DNA of 63,566 nt, filler included, from Folioceros fuciformis (lineage: Eukaryota), in assembly GCA_049999805.1 (NCBI GenBank). It is 4 parts of 3 records of this genome, joined end to end, with 100 filler letters (N's around TTAATTAATTAA, not from the genome) between each part and the next. Parts side by side here need not be neighbours in the genome. Positions count along the whole stretch, not along the records: positions 44,390 to 61,406 come from JBNGIO010006342.1; positions 61,507 to 63,566 come from JBNGIO010006383.1; 2 more parts are not named here. One strand, 5' to 3'. The notes under the pieces were generated by a model that worked only from the letters and a program-made list of their open reading frames with translations, was not told where the DNA came from and did not search any database. Positions 50,601-63,566 of the stretch are shown here, piece after piece. Numbering within the stretch: the first letter of the stretch is position 1; each line of letters starts with the position of its first letter. Position numbers and translations under genes: made by a program.

Positions 50601-53173
50601 GTCTCAGACGGCAGAACGGAGCAGTTTCAATGAACTTGCGGCGACGTGCAAGAAATTTGTTGCTTCCAGAAAGTGAGGACGAATCTCAGGGGGCAAATGT
50701 GGCTACAAAATCTTATGTTGATGGAGGTGCGGGTGATCAAGCTACGAGTGGTGGCTCACTTCATGCAAATGGTGTCGTTCGGGATCATGAGGTTGGAAAT
50801 CACAGCTCTGGGTACAAGAGTAGCTCTCATCCCAGGCATTCTCCAAATCATGAACCTGAATCTGGATCGTCTGCGTCAGATGTGGGGAAGAACTCTAAGC
50901 TGATAAATGGCACTGGTGTTTTACGTGGACCGTTAATACGTGGACCGTTAAGGTCCGTCTCACAGAGAAATCATGTGGGTGCTCAGGTTACAGACTCCGA
51001 TAGTGGTCAACAATCTCGGGGTGCGAATGGCCATACCAATGAGGTTGAATCCGGTGCTGAGGCCTGTGAATCAACATACAACTCAGCGAATGGTGAAGAT
51101 GAGGAAGAGGACAGCCCGGTGAAATCATCGAGGAGAGTTGAGGTCGATGAAGAGCATAGTGGTGACGAAGGTGAGGGGGAACAGCAGGCACGAGAGGAAG
51201 ATGATGATGAAGCTGAGGGTGAGTGTGATGACGAGGACAATGAGAATGACAGTGAATATAGATGTGAGACTTCAGGCCATGTCAATGAAGAGAATTTTGG
51301 TTCTGCCAGCGAGGCAATGGGAGCAAGTGCCTCGGCGAGTGAGGATAATGTAGCTTCCGCAAGTGAAGATAATGGGTACTCTGACCCAGATTTTCCTGGA
51401 GCAGGCCGTCAACATCTTAAGTTGGGAAGGGCCACTACTAGAAATGGATCGAGTAGGCAAAATGGAAAGCGTAGGAAACAGAGATCTGAGGGGTTTGCTG
51501 CTGTGACGAATCACACAGAAGCAGAGAACAAGGTGCGGACGAGGAGAATGACTATGTTGTTGTCGAGAAGTCAGCATGCAGCGAGGGCATCGGTGAGGAT
51601 CTCTGATAATCAAAATGAGCAGAAGAGGCGAGGAAGGGGGGAGCAGAGACAGAAAATGAAGGGCACGAACAGGGACTCGTCACTGCCCCATGTAGATACA
51701 GAACCTATTGTACAAAATGTAGGAGAGGTTACCAGGGTAGGTAGGAGGACTTCTGCTCGCACGAGGCATGCTGCTGGTCAGTATCTCAATGGTAGACAAG
51801 ATGTTGTCCATGTACCTGAGCAGCATGGTCGGGGTGTGAGGAAAATGCGGAAACGGGAGGATGCCTGGTTGCTATCTACCAAAGAAGAAGGAAGTCGCTA
51901 TGTACCTCAGTTCAATGATGAGGTGGTGTATTTTCGGCAGGTAAACTTGTCTGTTGTATTGATGTGTTCCCTATTTTTTCCTGCGTTGTTTCACCTGCAA
52001 TCCATCCTCCCAGTATCTTAGCATGTGTTGTAAACGTGCTCTTTGTTGCTGCCTCTGGTCCAGGGACATGAAGCATTTCTCAACAGCTGTAAGGATGAAT
52101 TCTTTAGAAGAGCTGACAGGCCTTGGCTATCATGTGGGGGATTGTTCAATGCCGTGGAGCTCTGTCGAATTGTGGGACTGGACTATACTTTGCATCCTGA
52201 TATGGAGGAAACTCACTGTCGAATAGTAATGAAGATAATTGACCCGACGTCTCATGTTCACGGGAATACTTTCCAGGTTATATTGCCAGATCCAGACATG
52301 AAAAACTTCCCAGATTTCATTGTCGAGAATCATCGGTATGAGGCGTCTATGATGATTCCATGGGCAACAAGGGATCATTGCCAGGTCTGGTGGGCGAACC
52401 CGGGTGAAAGGGGAACCGGGGGATGGTGGAAAGGCAGGATCACAAGAATAAAGCCCAGGTCTCCTGATTTTCCTGATAGCCCCTGGGAAAGGTACGAGGT
52501 GCAATACAGGCCCGTTGGTAAGCCGGAAGACGTTACACATCACAGTCCATGGGAGTTGTTTGAATCAAGTCAGAAAGCTGATGGTGGTCCTCCGCCTCAG
52601 TTAGACGGGCCCCGGCCTCGTCTACATCCCATGATCAGAGAGCAACTCATCGACGCGTTTCAAACCTTTGATTACGATGATGAGGTTAGTTGTTCTCGCT
52701 TGTGCGTTTTGCCGCTAACTGTACTTCGAGGGTATGGTTGTGTGGGCAACATCGAAATTAAAAGCTAGCTATTGGGCAGGATGAATACGGCCTTCAAGAA
52801 GCGGAGGGTATAATTCTGCAGCCGTCCTTTGTGAACAAGTAAGCGTTCAGAAACTTGCAACGCTCATGGGTGGCTTCCCTCACTGGTGCAGTGATTGCGT
52901 TGTAATTGGACTTGGATGCTTTTCTGATTCTCCGAATGTGGCTGCGCGTGCCTTGTGTTCCACAGAACTGCGCTGCCTCTGTCAATTGGTGTGGTGAGGG
53001 CAAGATTGAGAGATGATTATTATCATGGTTTGGAGCAGTTCAAACACGATCTGGAAACGTACATCAGTAACGCCGTGACGTATGTTGGAGAAGCTAGCAG
53101 CATACCGGAGAAGTTGAAGAGACTACGAAAGTATGTCAATAAAGCTATCAACAAAGTTGGGAATCGGAGCTGA
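44484..53173 (+). CDS. WD40-repeat and bromodomain protein (PHIP/BRWD family), multi-exon
   Basis: LSEVYFLVMHFLSNGPCQKA...LLPRRY N-terminus; WD40 exons (LRGHRNAVYC, ITGSDDRLVKIW, DVHPFDPRIAMSAGYDG); long acidic linker; RYVPQFNDEVVYFRQGHE and DSPWERYEVQY domain; C-terminal bromodomain-like ARLRDDYYHGLEQFKHDL; N-terminal poly-Q. Confidence 0.93.
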
Positions 53174-53404
53174 CACTCGCCTGAGATTGTAAAATAAGCT
53201 TTTGCTCAGAAATGCAAGTGTCCGTGGACAGGATAGTTCTTCACAGGCCTTTAGAGACCGGATTAATCCAACTGCCCGCAGGACATAATATTATGCTGTG
53301 CTACTCGCCAGTCAGTAGAAGTGCTCGAATGTTTGATGCGTACGCTGAAAATGATTCTAAGAGACCGAGGCGGAAGGAGATGACGACACTTACAAAGCAA
53401 CAGG

Positions 53405-54308
53405 TCAACCATAGCAACGAATAGTATCATTACACCCCTTTTCGGCCGACTGCTTGAATCCAAAGCGGCCACCCTTGGACAAGTACTGCTGATGATACTC
53501 CTCTGCTCGATAGAATTTTTTGGCTGGAAGAATTTCGGTGACAATTTTCCTGTTCAGAGATTTCTGATGCTTGTCGAGCGATGTTTTGGCAGCTTGCTCT
53601 TGCTCAGGACAGTAGACATAGATTCCCGACCTATACTGCGTGCCCACATCCCCGCCCTGCACGCATATAACCCTAGCGCCATGAGATAACAGCATTGTGA
53701 ACGCCTAATCCGTGCATTTGAACTCAACAATCTAATTCCATTCAAGTACGGAGCAAACACAGCACCTGTCGATTGAGCGTCGTGGGGTCATGCCGAGCCC
53801 AAAAAACATCAAGTAGATTGTCATAGCTGACAGCCTTCGGATCGAACTGCACGCGCACAACCTCCGAGTGGCCAGTAGTCCCCTCGCACACGTCTCCATA
53901 GGTAGGGTTGTGCAATTTACCTTGGGTGTATCCAACTTCAGTCTTGCTCACTCCCGGCACCCGCTGGAACGCAAGCTCCACACCCCAGAAACAGCCAGCG
54001 CCGAAGCATGCGAACTGCTGCCCTGGAGCCGGAACATCGTCGTCGGGGCCCTGCGCAAGGTTGGCACTGGCAGAATCTGCCTCCTTCGACACTGCCCGAG
54101 TCCCAAATGCACCAAAGTTGAACCAACCACGCTTGTTCTCCATCGCCCAAACGCGCAGGCTCGCTGTCCGAGGAATCCTCGCTGACGTCCCGCCAGTATT
54201 CAAGTGCACAGATCTAAATCCCAAAAACTGCGACGACAACGCCTGGCGCGTGCTGCCGTACGCTCTGCAAGGGCAACAAGCAGCTCCTACCAGCGCCTGC
54301 ATCGACAT
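53405..54308 (-). CDS. msrA: Peptide methionine sulfoxide reductase A, probably plastid-targeted
   Basis: [10 protein letters not shown] active site, [34 protein letters not shown]-terminal IRCYG. Exons 54308-53766 and 53656-53405. Ser/Arg/Ala-rich transit-peptide-like N-terminus. Confidence 0.97.
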
Positions 54309-54807
54309 TGCAAGAGACCACCTGCCTTGCCTTCAACGCGAAATGGGCTTGAGTTTCGCACCACACCTTGACGAGCCAGCAGGATGGCTGATTTAGACTC
54401 CCTCATGCTTACAGCTGAGTGAAAGGAATCCGGAAACCCTGTACAGGTGGACTCTTTCCCACCATGCACGTCGGGCCACGGTGGACCAGTCCCGTTGCAC
54501 GGGTCCCCGTTCATACTGTATGGTTCTTGGCTTCATTTGCAATGCCCCTGATGACCCTCGGATCCTGGATCATGCCAAGAATCAGCCAAGTCTCTTCCAT
54601 TCCCGCTTGTTTGAGAACACACAACACAAAGTTGGAGAACTTCCAACACGGTACTGTACCTGAAGGTGAGTCCGCTTAACGTACAGATTGCTGTATCAAG
54701 ACGCATGTCCACATTGTGCCATAGAAGCATCTTTCACCTAGCTAAACTAAGCAACGTCTTCTCCAATAAAGACGCAACATTATGTGAAAAATCAAGCACC
54801 ACGGGAG

Positions 54808-55392
54808 CTATGTAGTCATCTTCATCAACGTGTGCAGGTGCTCTCTTCTTTTATGCCACTCACGATCGAAAGCATCAGAGTCATTGTCCTTTCTTCTGCA
54901 AGGAGTACTTCTGTTCAGGCTTTCGTCCCTTTCAGGGAGCCAACAGAGGGAGGATGAGTGTTTCACTTGTACAGCGCCTACGAAAACAAACAAGCACATC
55001 CATAAGTTGCGATGCATCTCCCTTCACAAGTCTAGAGACGAGAGGCTGAGCATTCCGGCCAGCGTTGATCTGTGGACTGATCGGACGTAATTAAAAGCGA
55101 CTTCAGTTCACGATGGCAATCGAGGATCTGTTACGAGGAGAGCACACACATTCATCAAGCATCAGCTACAACTGAACAAACCTTTTTCGCATCGCACATT
55201 GTACATGCTCTTTTCCCTCTCCCAAAGATCTCTCTCCTTGTCGATGGCATTGCTAGCGTGCTTGATGTACAATTTCACAAGATCAGCACTGGCCTTCTCC
55301 TTCCTCACCTGACTGAGTTGATACAAGGCATCTTTCCTTTCCACTTCTGCAGCAATCAAGCGCTGTCTAACCAGGTGCAGCTCCTTGTCCAT
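54808..55392 (-). CDS. Putative small coiled-coil protein, spliced; 3' exon structure uncertain
   Basis: ATG 55392 opens MDKELHLVRQRLIAAEVERKDALYQLSQVRKEK...CEK ending at AAG|GTTTGT; a downstream frame ends DREWHKRREHLHTLMKMTT*. Confidence 0.4.
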
Positions 55393-55814
55393 CGCAAGTG
55401 ATGATCCCAGGCAGTGACCCACGGCATTTCTCGCGTAACCGGTTCTCCTCCCTTACAACCGCTGCCGTTTAAGCTCCCCGTCGCCGTTTCTACCAGGAAC
55501 GACATTAGGTTTCCTACCCAGGGCCGCTCCTATCCGTTGGGGTTCCGGGTAATGAGACTACTCAGACTTCTTCCCGCCCTTCTAACGCTCCTCCCACTTC
55601 AGTAGCAGCCGCGGCGGCGGGAACGTCGGGAGGCTGCCGGTGCCATTACCTTGTCAGCTGCAGCTCTAGCTCCCGTTCCGATATCTTGACTCAGATCGTG
55701 TTCATCTGCGATTCCCTGCAGTTATGCATTGGTGTCTCATCGTGCTGTGAAGTGTCGAGCTTCGGAAGGGCAACCCTTTTCACTTGAAGTCCCTGTGCTT
55801 GCGCAGCCAGCATC

Positions 55815-58800
55815 ATGGCTTCGGTGAGTTCTCATGGCCATGCATTTTGGGTTTTCTCTGTATGTCCCCAGCTGCCGGTTCTTTGCGTAGATTCGTGGAA
55901 ACTGCTTTGGGGAGCTTTAGTTGAAAGCTATCTTGTCTCCGCATGCAGGTTGTCTGTCTTGATCTGACAGACAAGAAGTAGTTGTAGACGAGCTTTGGCT
56001 GATTGCTAATTGATTGCTGACAAATCCATGCATTTTGCGATCTCAGTTGGAGGGGTTATTCAAGTCCGATGCAACTGAAGAGAAGGGGGAACGCGCCAGA
56101 ATGGTACAGAGCATGCATGAGTTATCACTGGATGTGTAATTAACGGCTTTGGTTCTGACATGGCTCCGTACTCCGTGCCTACGTTCATCGTTGTGTTGGG
56201 GGCATCAATTTCTCTTTCTTGTTAGTTGTATCCTATCTTGATCTGATAACCTTGAGAATATTAAAGGATTAAGACGGTGCCGTCTGTTTCTCCTGAATTG
56301 TTTATTGTAATGCAGGCATCCTTCATAGGTGCCATGGCGATTGCTGACTTAGTGAAGAGCACGTTAGGTCCCAAAGGAATGGTGAGGTTTCATCCGATGA
56401 AGCAACCTTCATTCCTAATCCATGCGTTTCTTGCATCCTGTAATTGGAAGTTGGTCCTGTTGCATTGTTGAAATGCTTGTGCTGTATCGTGTCGCAGGAC
56501 AAAATTTTGCAATCAACTGGGAGGGGTCAGACTGTGACTGTCACAAATGATGGAGCTACCATCCTGAAATCTCTCCATGTGGACAACCCAGCTGCGAAAG
56601 TTCTGATTGGTGAATCTACAATCCCTTCCAAACCCCATATCTCCTAGCTTGATGACCAATAGGTGCTCAAAACTTCCTGCATAGTGTGATAGAGCTGTTG
56701 TGCCTTCCTGAGGAATTCGCTTGCTTGTTTAGCCAGCTTGGAATGGCCCTGAGTGGCCAATTCTGAACTGGTAAGCTGCACCGCTTTACAGTACTTCTAT
56801 TTTGAGGTGTTGTTAGTTCCCGGCCTTGTTCATATACTTGAGAGCTGTCGTGGCACAGATATCTCCAAAGTGCAAGATGATGAAGTTGGAGATGGGACAA
56901 CATCTGTCGTTGTACTTGCTGGAGAACTGTTGCGAGAGGCAGAAAAGCTGGTCGCTCTTAAGATCCACCCCATGACAATCATTGCAGGTAAGGGGTTTCT
57001 TCTCTTTTACCATCTTGGAAACATTCCACAGATTATCTCATGCAATTGTGCTCTCATTCTCTTTTGTTGGTAACACGTGCATTTGCAGGGTATAGAATGG
57101 CTGCAGATACTGCCCGAGCTGCTTTAGAGAAAGTAGTTCGGAATAATCAAGCAGATCCACGTATGTGGTACTCTTGATTTATCCTGCTTCGCACATCATG
57201 TCAATGTCTTCTTAATTGTTGCATGTGTTTCCTTCACTCTGGTGCTCACACTGTTAACTATTTTTTTTGCAGAGAAGTTTCGCAGTGACCTTGTCAACAT
57301 TGCCATGACAACTCTGAGCTCTAAGATTCTGTCTCAGGACAAGGTCCATTTTGCGAACCTGGCAGTGAATGCTGTCCTTCGTCTGAAGGTATGTTTGTAT
57401 CGTAAGTGTCATGACCTAGTATGCTGGGCAAGGCTAATGCTGGTTGTGATAGCAGGGCAGTTCGAACCTTGAGGCTATACAGATTGTGAAGAAGGCTGGT
57501 GGCTCTCTGAAAGACTCATTTTTGGATGAGGGGTAAGTGTCTTCTTTAAGACCTTGGTTGCTTCACCTTATGTCCTATCTCTTGTGCTGATGTTTGATTT
57601 GGATAGCAGTTGCTCGTGTGGCCAGTTGGGCAATTTATGAAGGGGCTCTTTCTTGACTGGTTGAAGGCATCTATGATTTTCTCGTGGTTAGTTGAAACTG
57701 GGGTGTACATCTCTTGGATATTTCTGAGGCTGCATGTCGTTTTGATACAGATTCATTCTCGACAAGAAGATAGGTGTTGGTCAACCAAAGCGCATTGAGA
57801 ATGCTAGCATCTTGGTAGCAAATACTGCTATGGATACAGACAAGATAAAGATTTATGGTGCTAGAGTTAGAGTGGATGCTATGTCAAAGGTGGCCGAAAT
57901 TGAATCTGCAGAGAAGGCAAAGATGAAGGAAAAGGTGCAGAAGATTATAGGTCATGGGATCAACTGCTTTGTGAATCGGCAGCTTATCTATAACTACCCT
58001 GAAGAGCTCTTTGCAGATGCAGGCGTTATGGCTATTGAACATGCAGACTTTGATGGCATTGAGCGTCTAGCATTGGTCACAGGTGGTGAAATTGCCTCCA
58101 CATTTGATAACCCTGAGTCGGTAAAGTTGGGCCACTGCAAGCTGATTGAAGAGATAATGATTGGTGAAGATAGATTGATCCATTTTTCAGGAGTGGAATT
58201 GGGCCAAGCTTGTACAATTGTCTTGAGGGGAGCAAGGTACCAACACCAACCTTGTCCCTTTCTTACGCCCTATGCTTTCAGCTGCGTTGGCTGATTATCA
58301 GCAGGTGGCATGTCTGACCAGTGTTCCACTTTGTGCAGCTCTCATGTGTTGGATGAGGCTGAGAGATCCCTCCATGATGCGCTGTGTGTACTGAGCCAAA
58401 CAGTCCAGGACAGCCGCGTTGTCTGGGGAGGTGGTTGGCCTGAAATCTTGATGTCGAGACATGTTGATGACCTTGCGAGGAAGACCCCAGGAAAGAAGTC
58501 AATTGCTATTGAACATTTTGCAACAGCCCTACGTGCTATTCCCACGACCATCGCAGATAATGCGGGCCTGGATAGTGCAGATTTGATTTCCCAGCTCAGA
58601 GCAGCTCATACTGATGACAGAACAAATGCAGGGATCGATGTGATAACAGGACAGGTAGAGTCTTGCTACTACACCCTCCTCTTTTACAGTATATAGTCCT
58701 ACATTCTTGCTCACGAACCCTCCGGTTGCAGGTTGGTGACATGGAGAAGCTGGGAATCTATGAATCATTCAAGGTGAAGCAAGCCATACTGCTGTCTGCA

Positions 58801-58878
58801 ACTGAAGCCGCTGAGATGATTTTGCGGGTGGATGAGATCATCAAATGTGCCCCTAGGCAAAGAGAAGACCGGATGTGA
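55815..58878 (+). CDS. CCT2: T-complex protein 1 subunit beta (CCT-beta), multi-exon
   Basis: [80 protein letters not shown], ending [17 protein letters not shown]. Confidence 0.97.
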
Positions 58879-59567
58879 GTGGAGTCCTCGTCCTCACCCA
58901 CGCAAGTTTTGCATCCTTTGCGCAGATAAGAAGTTATTGTAGCTGGGCTGGGACCGTCGCGGCAAGGATCCGAACCTCAGCCGGAAGGGATGAGATGCAC
59001 CAGATATTTTCTATGGTTCTTTGGACAGACTCTACCCAGGCCTAGAGTTATCGAATGCGGCCTGGAGGGTTCGTGACACCTGTGTTCAGGGCTGCGTGTG
59101 TTGTAATTCGTGAGATCAAGTGCCGTAAACTGAAAACAATTTTGGAACCTCCCGCGAACGTTCCTGCATTCCGGCCAGCTGGTAGATTGACCAATTGCCA
59201 GAGCCTTGAACGCCATGGCGTGCTGCGTGCGCATTTTACCGGATTGGGTTGGGTCGTGGAAATTGCACTCTCGGCTTACGAGGTTGAGACGCCTTTGCTA
59301 CGATTCCATTGACTGGATGGGACGAGTGAATAACGGGCTGCATTGTGCGATTGGATGAAGGAAACTGGCTACAAAATTGACCTCGGGGGCACACCCGAGG
59401 ACGAAGGTGGCGCTGGAAGGAAGTAGCTCAGCGCGGATGAAATTCACCTAAGCACTCGTACATACAACTGCGGCCTGAAGTTCTGGACTCATAATGGAAT
59501 TCCTAAAACAGGGATTGATTGATAAACTAGAAGCCCAGCATCTGCCATCTGCCCAGCCCAAGGATCA

Positions 59568-61406
59568 CTAGCCTTGCGAGCCCGGAGGCTGCCGATCCTC
59601 GAAATTCCAAAGGGAAAAGCCGGATTGAGAGTCTCTTGGTGACGGGCCGTCAGTGTGGCCCATGATGGAGCTGGGACTCCATAGCCCCATCTGCGAGACG
59701 TGGTCCCATTGCCAATCCGAGACCTGCTGCTGGTGCTGCTGCTGCTGCTGCTGCTGATCGGACATGCTGTCAGTCTGCTCTGACTGCTCCAGCAAAGCCA
59801 TGGCCATGGACCGGTGTATGGCTGTGTACTGCTGCTGCTGCTCATCTTGCTGCTCCTGCTGACTAGCTTGGAACAAGGAAGAGCCCTGTAGAGGGAATTG
59901 AACGTTCCCGGAGTCAAACTGTCCCTGGCCTTGTACAAAATGTTCATGTTGCTGCTGATGCTGCTGCTGTTGACCTTGCTGCTCCAACTGAAAGTGAGCA
60001 GGAAACTGCTGCTGAGTAAAATGGAGCTGACCTAGCCTGTAATCGGACATGTGCTGTTGTTGCAGTTGCTGCTGCTGCTGCTGTTGGGTACCCGGGAAAT
60101 GTAGCTGTCTTGACGTGAAATCAGGGTGCCCACGAGAAAGATGCTGGGATAAGTGGTACTGTTGCGGCTGCTGCTCACTGGATGAGAACGTCCTTGTCGC
60201 CGGCTCCAAAATTGACTGCAGTTCCCCCTGATCTACAGGGCCAAAACCAATATTATAGTGTTGAAATTGAGCATACCTCGGCTCCGAGAAGTGGGACTGC
60301 GCTGCAGCGAATTGAACCTTGTCCACCGCCCCTGAAGACAGGGATCGATGATACATGGCTTCCGAAAAGTGCACTCCTTCCACTCCAGCTGACAGAGATG
60401 TGTGGTGCAAGCCTTCGGAAAACCGCAGCCCCTGGGCTGTTGGTCCCCCAGGTCTCTGGTGATAAGCTTCTGGAATGCTGGTAAGTCCTCCCGACGTGCT
60501 GGCCAGCATTCCCCCGGATGTGCTCACCATGGGAGGCGAGTTCACCTTGTTCCGAGCCTCCTTGGACACCTCCGATCCCGCCCCTCCGCTGCCCTCCATC
60601 TGCAGCGACGCAGCTCCACTGAGTGTGGACGAATCAGAGCTCGACTCCCTCCACTTTGGCTTCGACGGACCGGCCTGGCTCAAGGAAGTGGACTCACTGC
60701 TGCCCTCCTGCTTCACATTCCGCCATTGAGCCTGATGCTGGTGTAAGGCGGAACTGGCCAGAGTGGAAGAAGCTTGACTCGCTCCCGACATGCCATACAT
60801 GCCTCCGTGAAGGGCCATGCTGATGGGAGGAGAGGAAGTGACCTGGCCGTACTNNNNNNNNNNNNNNNNNNNNNNNNNNNNNNNNNNNNNNNNNNNNNNN
60901 NNNNNNNNNNNNNNNNNNNNNNNNNNNNNNNNNNNNNNNNNNNNNNNNNNNNNGCTTGGGCCTGGTGTGCTTGCTGAGCTTGGGACTTGCTGTGCGCTTG
61001 GGCCTGGTGTGCTTGCTGAGCTTGGGACTTGCTGTGCGCTTGGGCCTGCAGCCGTTGCCCTCCAATCATCTGAGCAACGGCAGAGTTCTGAGCCACCATC
61101 AAGTGCGGATTCGCAGGCAAGCTGCTAGCAGAATGTTGCGGGGGAGAAGTGTGCTGCTTCCCAGACACAGCAGAAGGCGCAGCAGCAGGCTGAGGATCCC
61201 TAGAGGCATTGGCGAGGTTGGACCAGGCAGGGTGCTGAAGCATCTGAGAAGTAGCCTCCCCGCTGGGAACACCGGGCCGCACCGCCCATTTGTCCGCTAA
61301 GGACTGGCCACCGAAGTCGCCGACGCTGGGCTTCTTGGCCACCACCGCCGTCGCCGCCACGGAGGCGTGAGATAACTGCAGTGGCCGGCCCGACGAAGCC
61401 GACGCA
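59568..61406 (-). CDS. Gln/Ser-rich low-complexity protein, 5'-truncated (C-terminal part of a possible transcriptional regulator)
   Basis: Long open frames on both sides of an internal 100-N gap (60854-60953); poly-Q tracts; 42-bp repeats encoding QAQAHSKSQAQQAH; no folded domain visible. Confidence 0.7.
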
Positions 61407-61506
61407 NNNNNNNNNNNNNNNNNNNNNNNNNNNNNNNNNNNNNNNNNNNNTTAATTAATTAANNNNNNNNNNNNNNNNNNNNNNNNNNNNNNNNNNNNNN
61501 NNNNNN
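61407..61506. other. Artificial contig-join spacer
   Basis: 44 N + TTAATTAATTAA (61451-61462) + 44 N. Confidence 0.97.
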
Positions 61507-63566
61507 GGACCAGTTAGAGAAAACTTACAAAATTCAGAACATGATGACTCTATGTGCAGTAAGGCAGGAGTTCTACTCTCTGAAGATGAAGGAGGGAGAC
61601 AAAGTGGCCTCCCACGTCTGCAAGTTTAGGCACCTACGTGCTCAACTTACAGCTATGACAGGAGAGAAGATGTCGGAAGTGGACGCTATCGCCTAGCTCC
61701 TGACCAGTCTCCCTGCCTCCTACCAGACCTTTGTGACAAGTCAAAACGGTCCCATACGTGCTGCAGCTGCTGCCTCTAGCCAGACAGTGACCATCACCCT
61801 CGAGGAGGTGATCGGTGCGCTGTTCCAGGAGGAGCAGAGTCGCACTTTCTCCTCAGCTGCAAAGAACAGAGGGGAGAAAGCGTTAGTTACCAACTTCCGC
61901 AAAGGAAAGTCAAGGTTCCGAGGAGGAACAACCCAAGGACAGAGGGGAGAACCCTCCAATGCTGCCAAGCGACCTAGCAGTTGCAACTGGTGTGGCCTCC
62001 CTGGCCACTGGGCAAGAGAATGCCGTAAACGCAAGGCAGGTGAGCCCCAACGCCAACCAAAGGCTACAGCAAACATAGCAGTGAAGCAGAATAAATCAGA
62101 CTCCAAGGCCCCTGTGAAGATACTTACAGTATGTTTGTTCAGCACTCGGAGTGATGACACTTGCTGGTACCTCGATTCAGGGGCCACCACCCACATATGC
62201 AAGAAAAGGGAACTCTTCAAAACCCTAGACCTGACACAAATAGGCGGTCAGGTATTTCTTGCGGATGAACAAAGTAAGTCAAGCCTGCCTATTCAGGGCA
62301 GAGGCACTTGTGTCTTCACACTGCGTGATGGCACAGAGTTAACCTTAGAAGATGTCATCTACGTCCCAAGCATAGCTAAAAACCTCATGTCTATGAGCCA
62401 GATTATGAGTCAACGCATTTTCTACATGCATGCAGACTCTGACCATTGCTGCTTCTACAGGCAGTCATCGCCTCACAGATGTGCTTTTGAGTGTCTGCCC
62501 GAAAGCAACCTGTACAGACTTAACATAACCTGTACAGGGCCTGAACAGTCGCATGAAACTCACTCAACCTCATCTTCTAACCTAAGTCAGGGGCAACAGG
62601 CCTTGCTTTGCAAAGCATGCCCGTTTGGGGCATGTCAACAGGTCTAAGTTGATGGACATGTCAGCCCTAGGGTGCCATCGTGAGCCTCTACCAAAATGTT
62701 TTAAACACTTACCTGTGTGTGAATCTTGTATACTAGCTAAGCAAAAGGAGTTACCCTTCCCTAAATCACCTGCACAGAGGGCCACAAGAGTTCTTGAGCT
62801 AGTCCATGCTAATATATCAGGCAAAGTCCACGAACCTTCTTTAGGAGGTGCCCGCTATTTTTTCACTATCACCGATGACTATAGTGGCTACACATGGACA
62901 TTTCCAATGGAGCTTAAAAGTGACACTTACGAGCTCTTCAAAGACTGGCTTACCATGGCTCAGCGGCAGTCTAGGCAGCTCTTGAAGACTCTGAGGACAG
63001 ATAACGGCACTGAATTTGTCAATTCCTCTTTCCAGGACCTGCTGCAGACACATGGAATTATACACCAGCTGACTGTACCCTACACACCCCAACAGAACGG
63101 CAGGGCAGAACGCAAAAATCAGACTCTGCTATCGATGACAAGAAGTATGTTACTATGGGCAGGTTTACCTCAGGGCTATTGGGCGGAGGCTATAGTGACA
63201 GCCACGTACGTCCTCAACCGTATCCTCACCAGCACTGTTCCAAACAAAACCCCATTTGAGGTATTCTGGAACAAGAAGCCTAGCCTCCTCCACCTCCGGG
63301 TCTTCGGATCCCGTGCATATGCCTATATACCTAAGGAGAAAAGGCACAAGTTAGACAGCCGCGCTGAGGCTCTTATCCTGGTCGGCTACAGTGAACACTC
63401 TAAGGCTTACAAGCTGTATAACTCAGATACTGACACTATTGTTCTTGCTAGGAGCGTCACCTTCGTTGAACTCCACAGCCCTGCCTCCGAAGATAGTCCG
63501 TCAGAGGACCCTACATCACCCTCTCCGGCTGATCACCCTGCCATTTTCCCCCTTGATGATGATGAG
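61507..63566 (+). mobile_element. Ty1/Copia gag-pol, inactivated, partial
   Basis: UBN2 gag (stop at 61694-61696), zinc knuckle CNWCGLPGHWAREC, protease WYLDSGATTH, HARLGH after a frameshift at ~62611, integrase LRTDNGTEF / PQQNGRAERKN, HLRVFGSRAY. Confidence 0.95.

Overview
Eukaryotic, intron-rich DNA from a compact non-seed land-plant genome (mostly 60-200 bp GT-AG introns; a hornwort or other bryophyte/lycophyte is my inference). The window is four pieces joined by an artificial spacer (44 N + TTAATTAATTAA + 44 N), so adjacency across 24001-24100, 44290-44389 and 61407-61506 is not biological evidence. Piece 1 (1-24000): a ~24-exon tandem-AAA+ ATPase with bacterial-type winged-helix-like repeats, a decayed secreted beta-trefoil-like gene, a solo LTR with AGT...ACT ends upstream of a nearly intronless dynamin-like GTPase, a His-rich plant protein, and a Harbinger remnant interrupted by a Gypsy/Tat-like element with extra ORFs. 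Piece 2 (24101-44289): a Copia 5' end, a decayed LINE, and a cluster of small secreted-peptide precursor genes. The cluster has three paralogues (two visibly ending in a CTNIP/SCREW-like PP-x-x-P-x-x-C-x8-C motif, one cut by the Copia) and a divergently oriented IDA/CLE-like precursor; this is the most interesting find. Piece 3 (44390-61406): PHIP/BRWD-like WD40-bromodomain gene, msrA, a small coiled-coil gene, CCT2 and a truncated Gln-rich gene. Piece 4: a decayed Copia gag-pol. All family assignments come from motif recognition by eye, not database searches.
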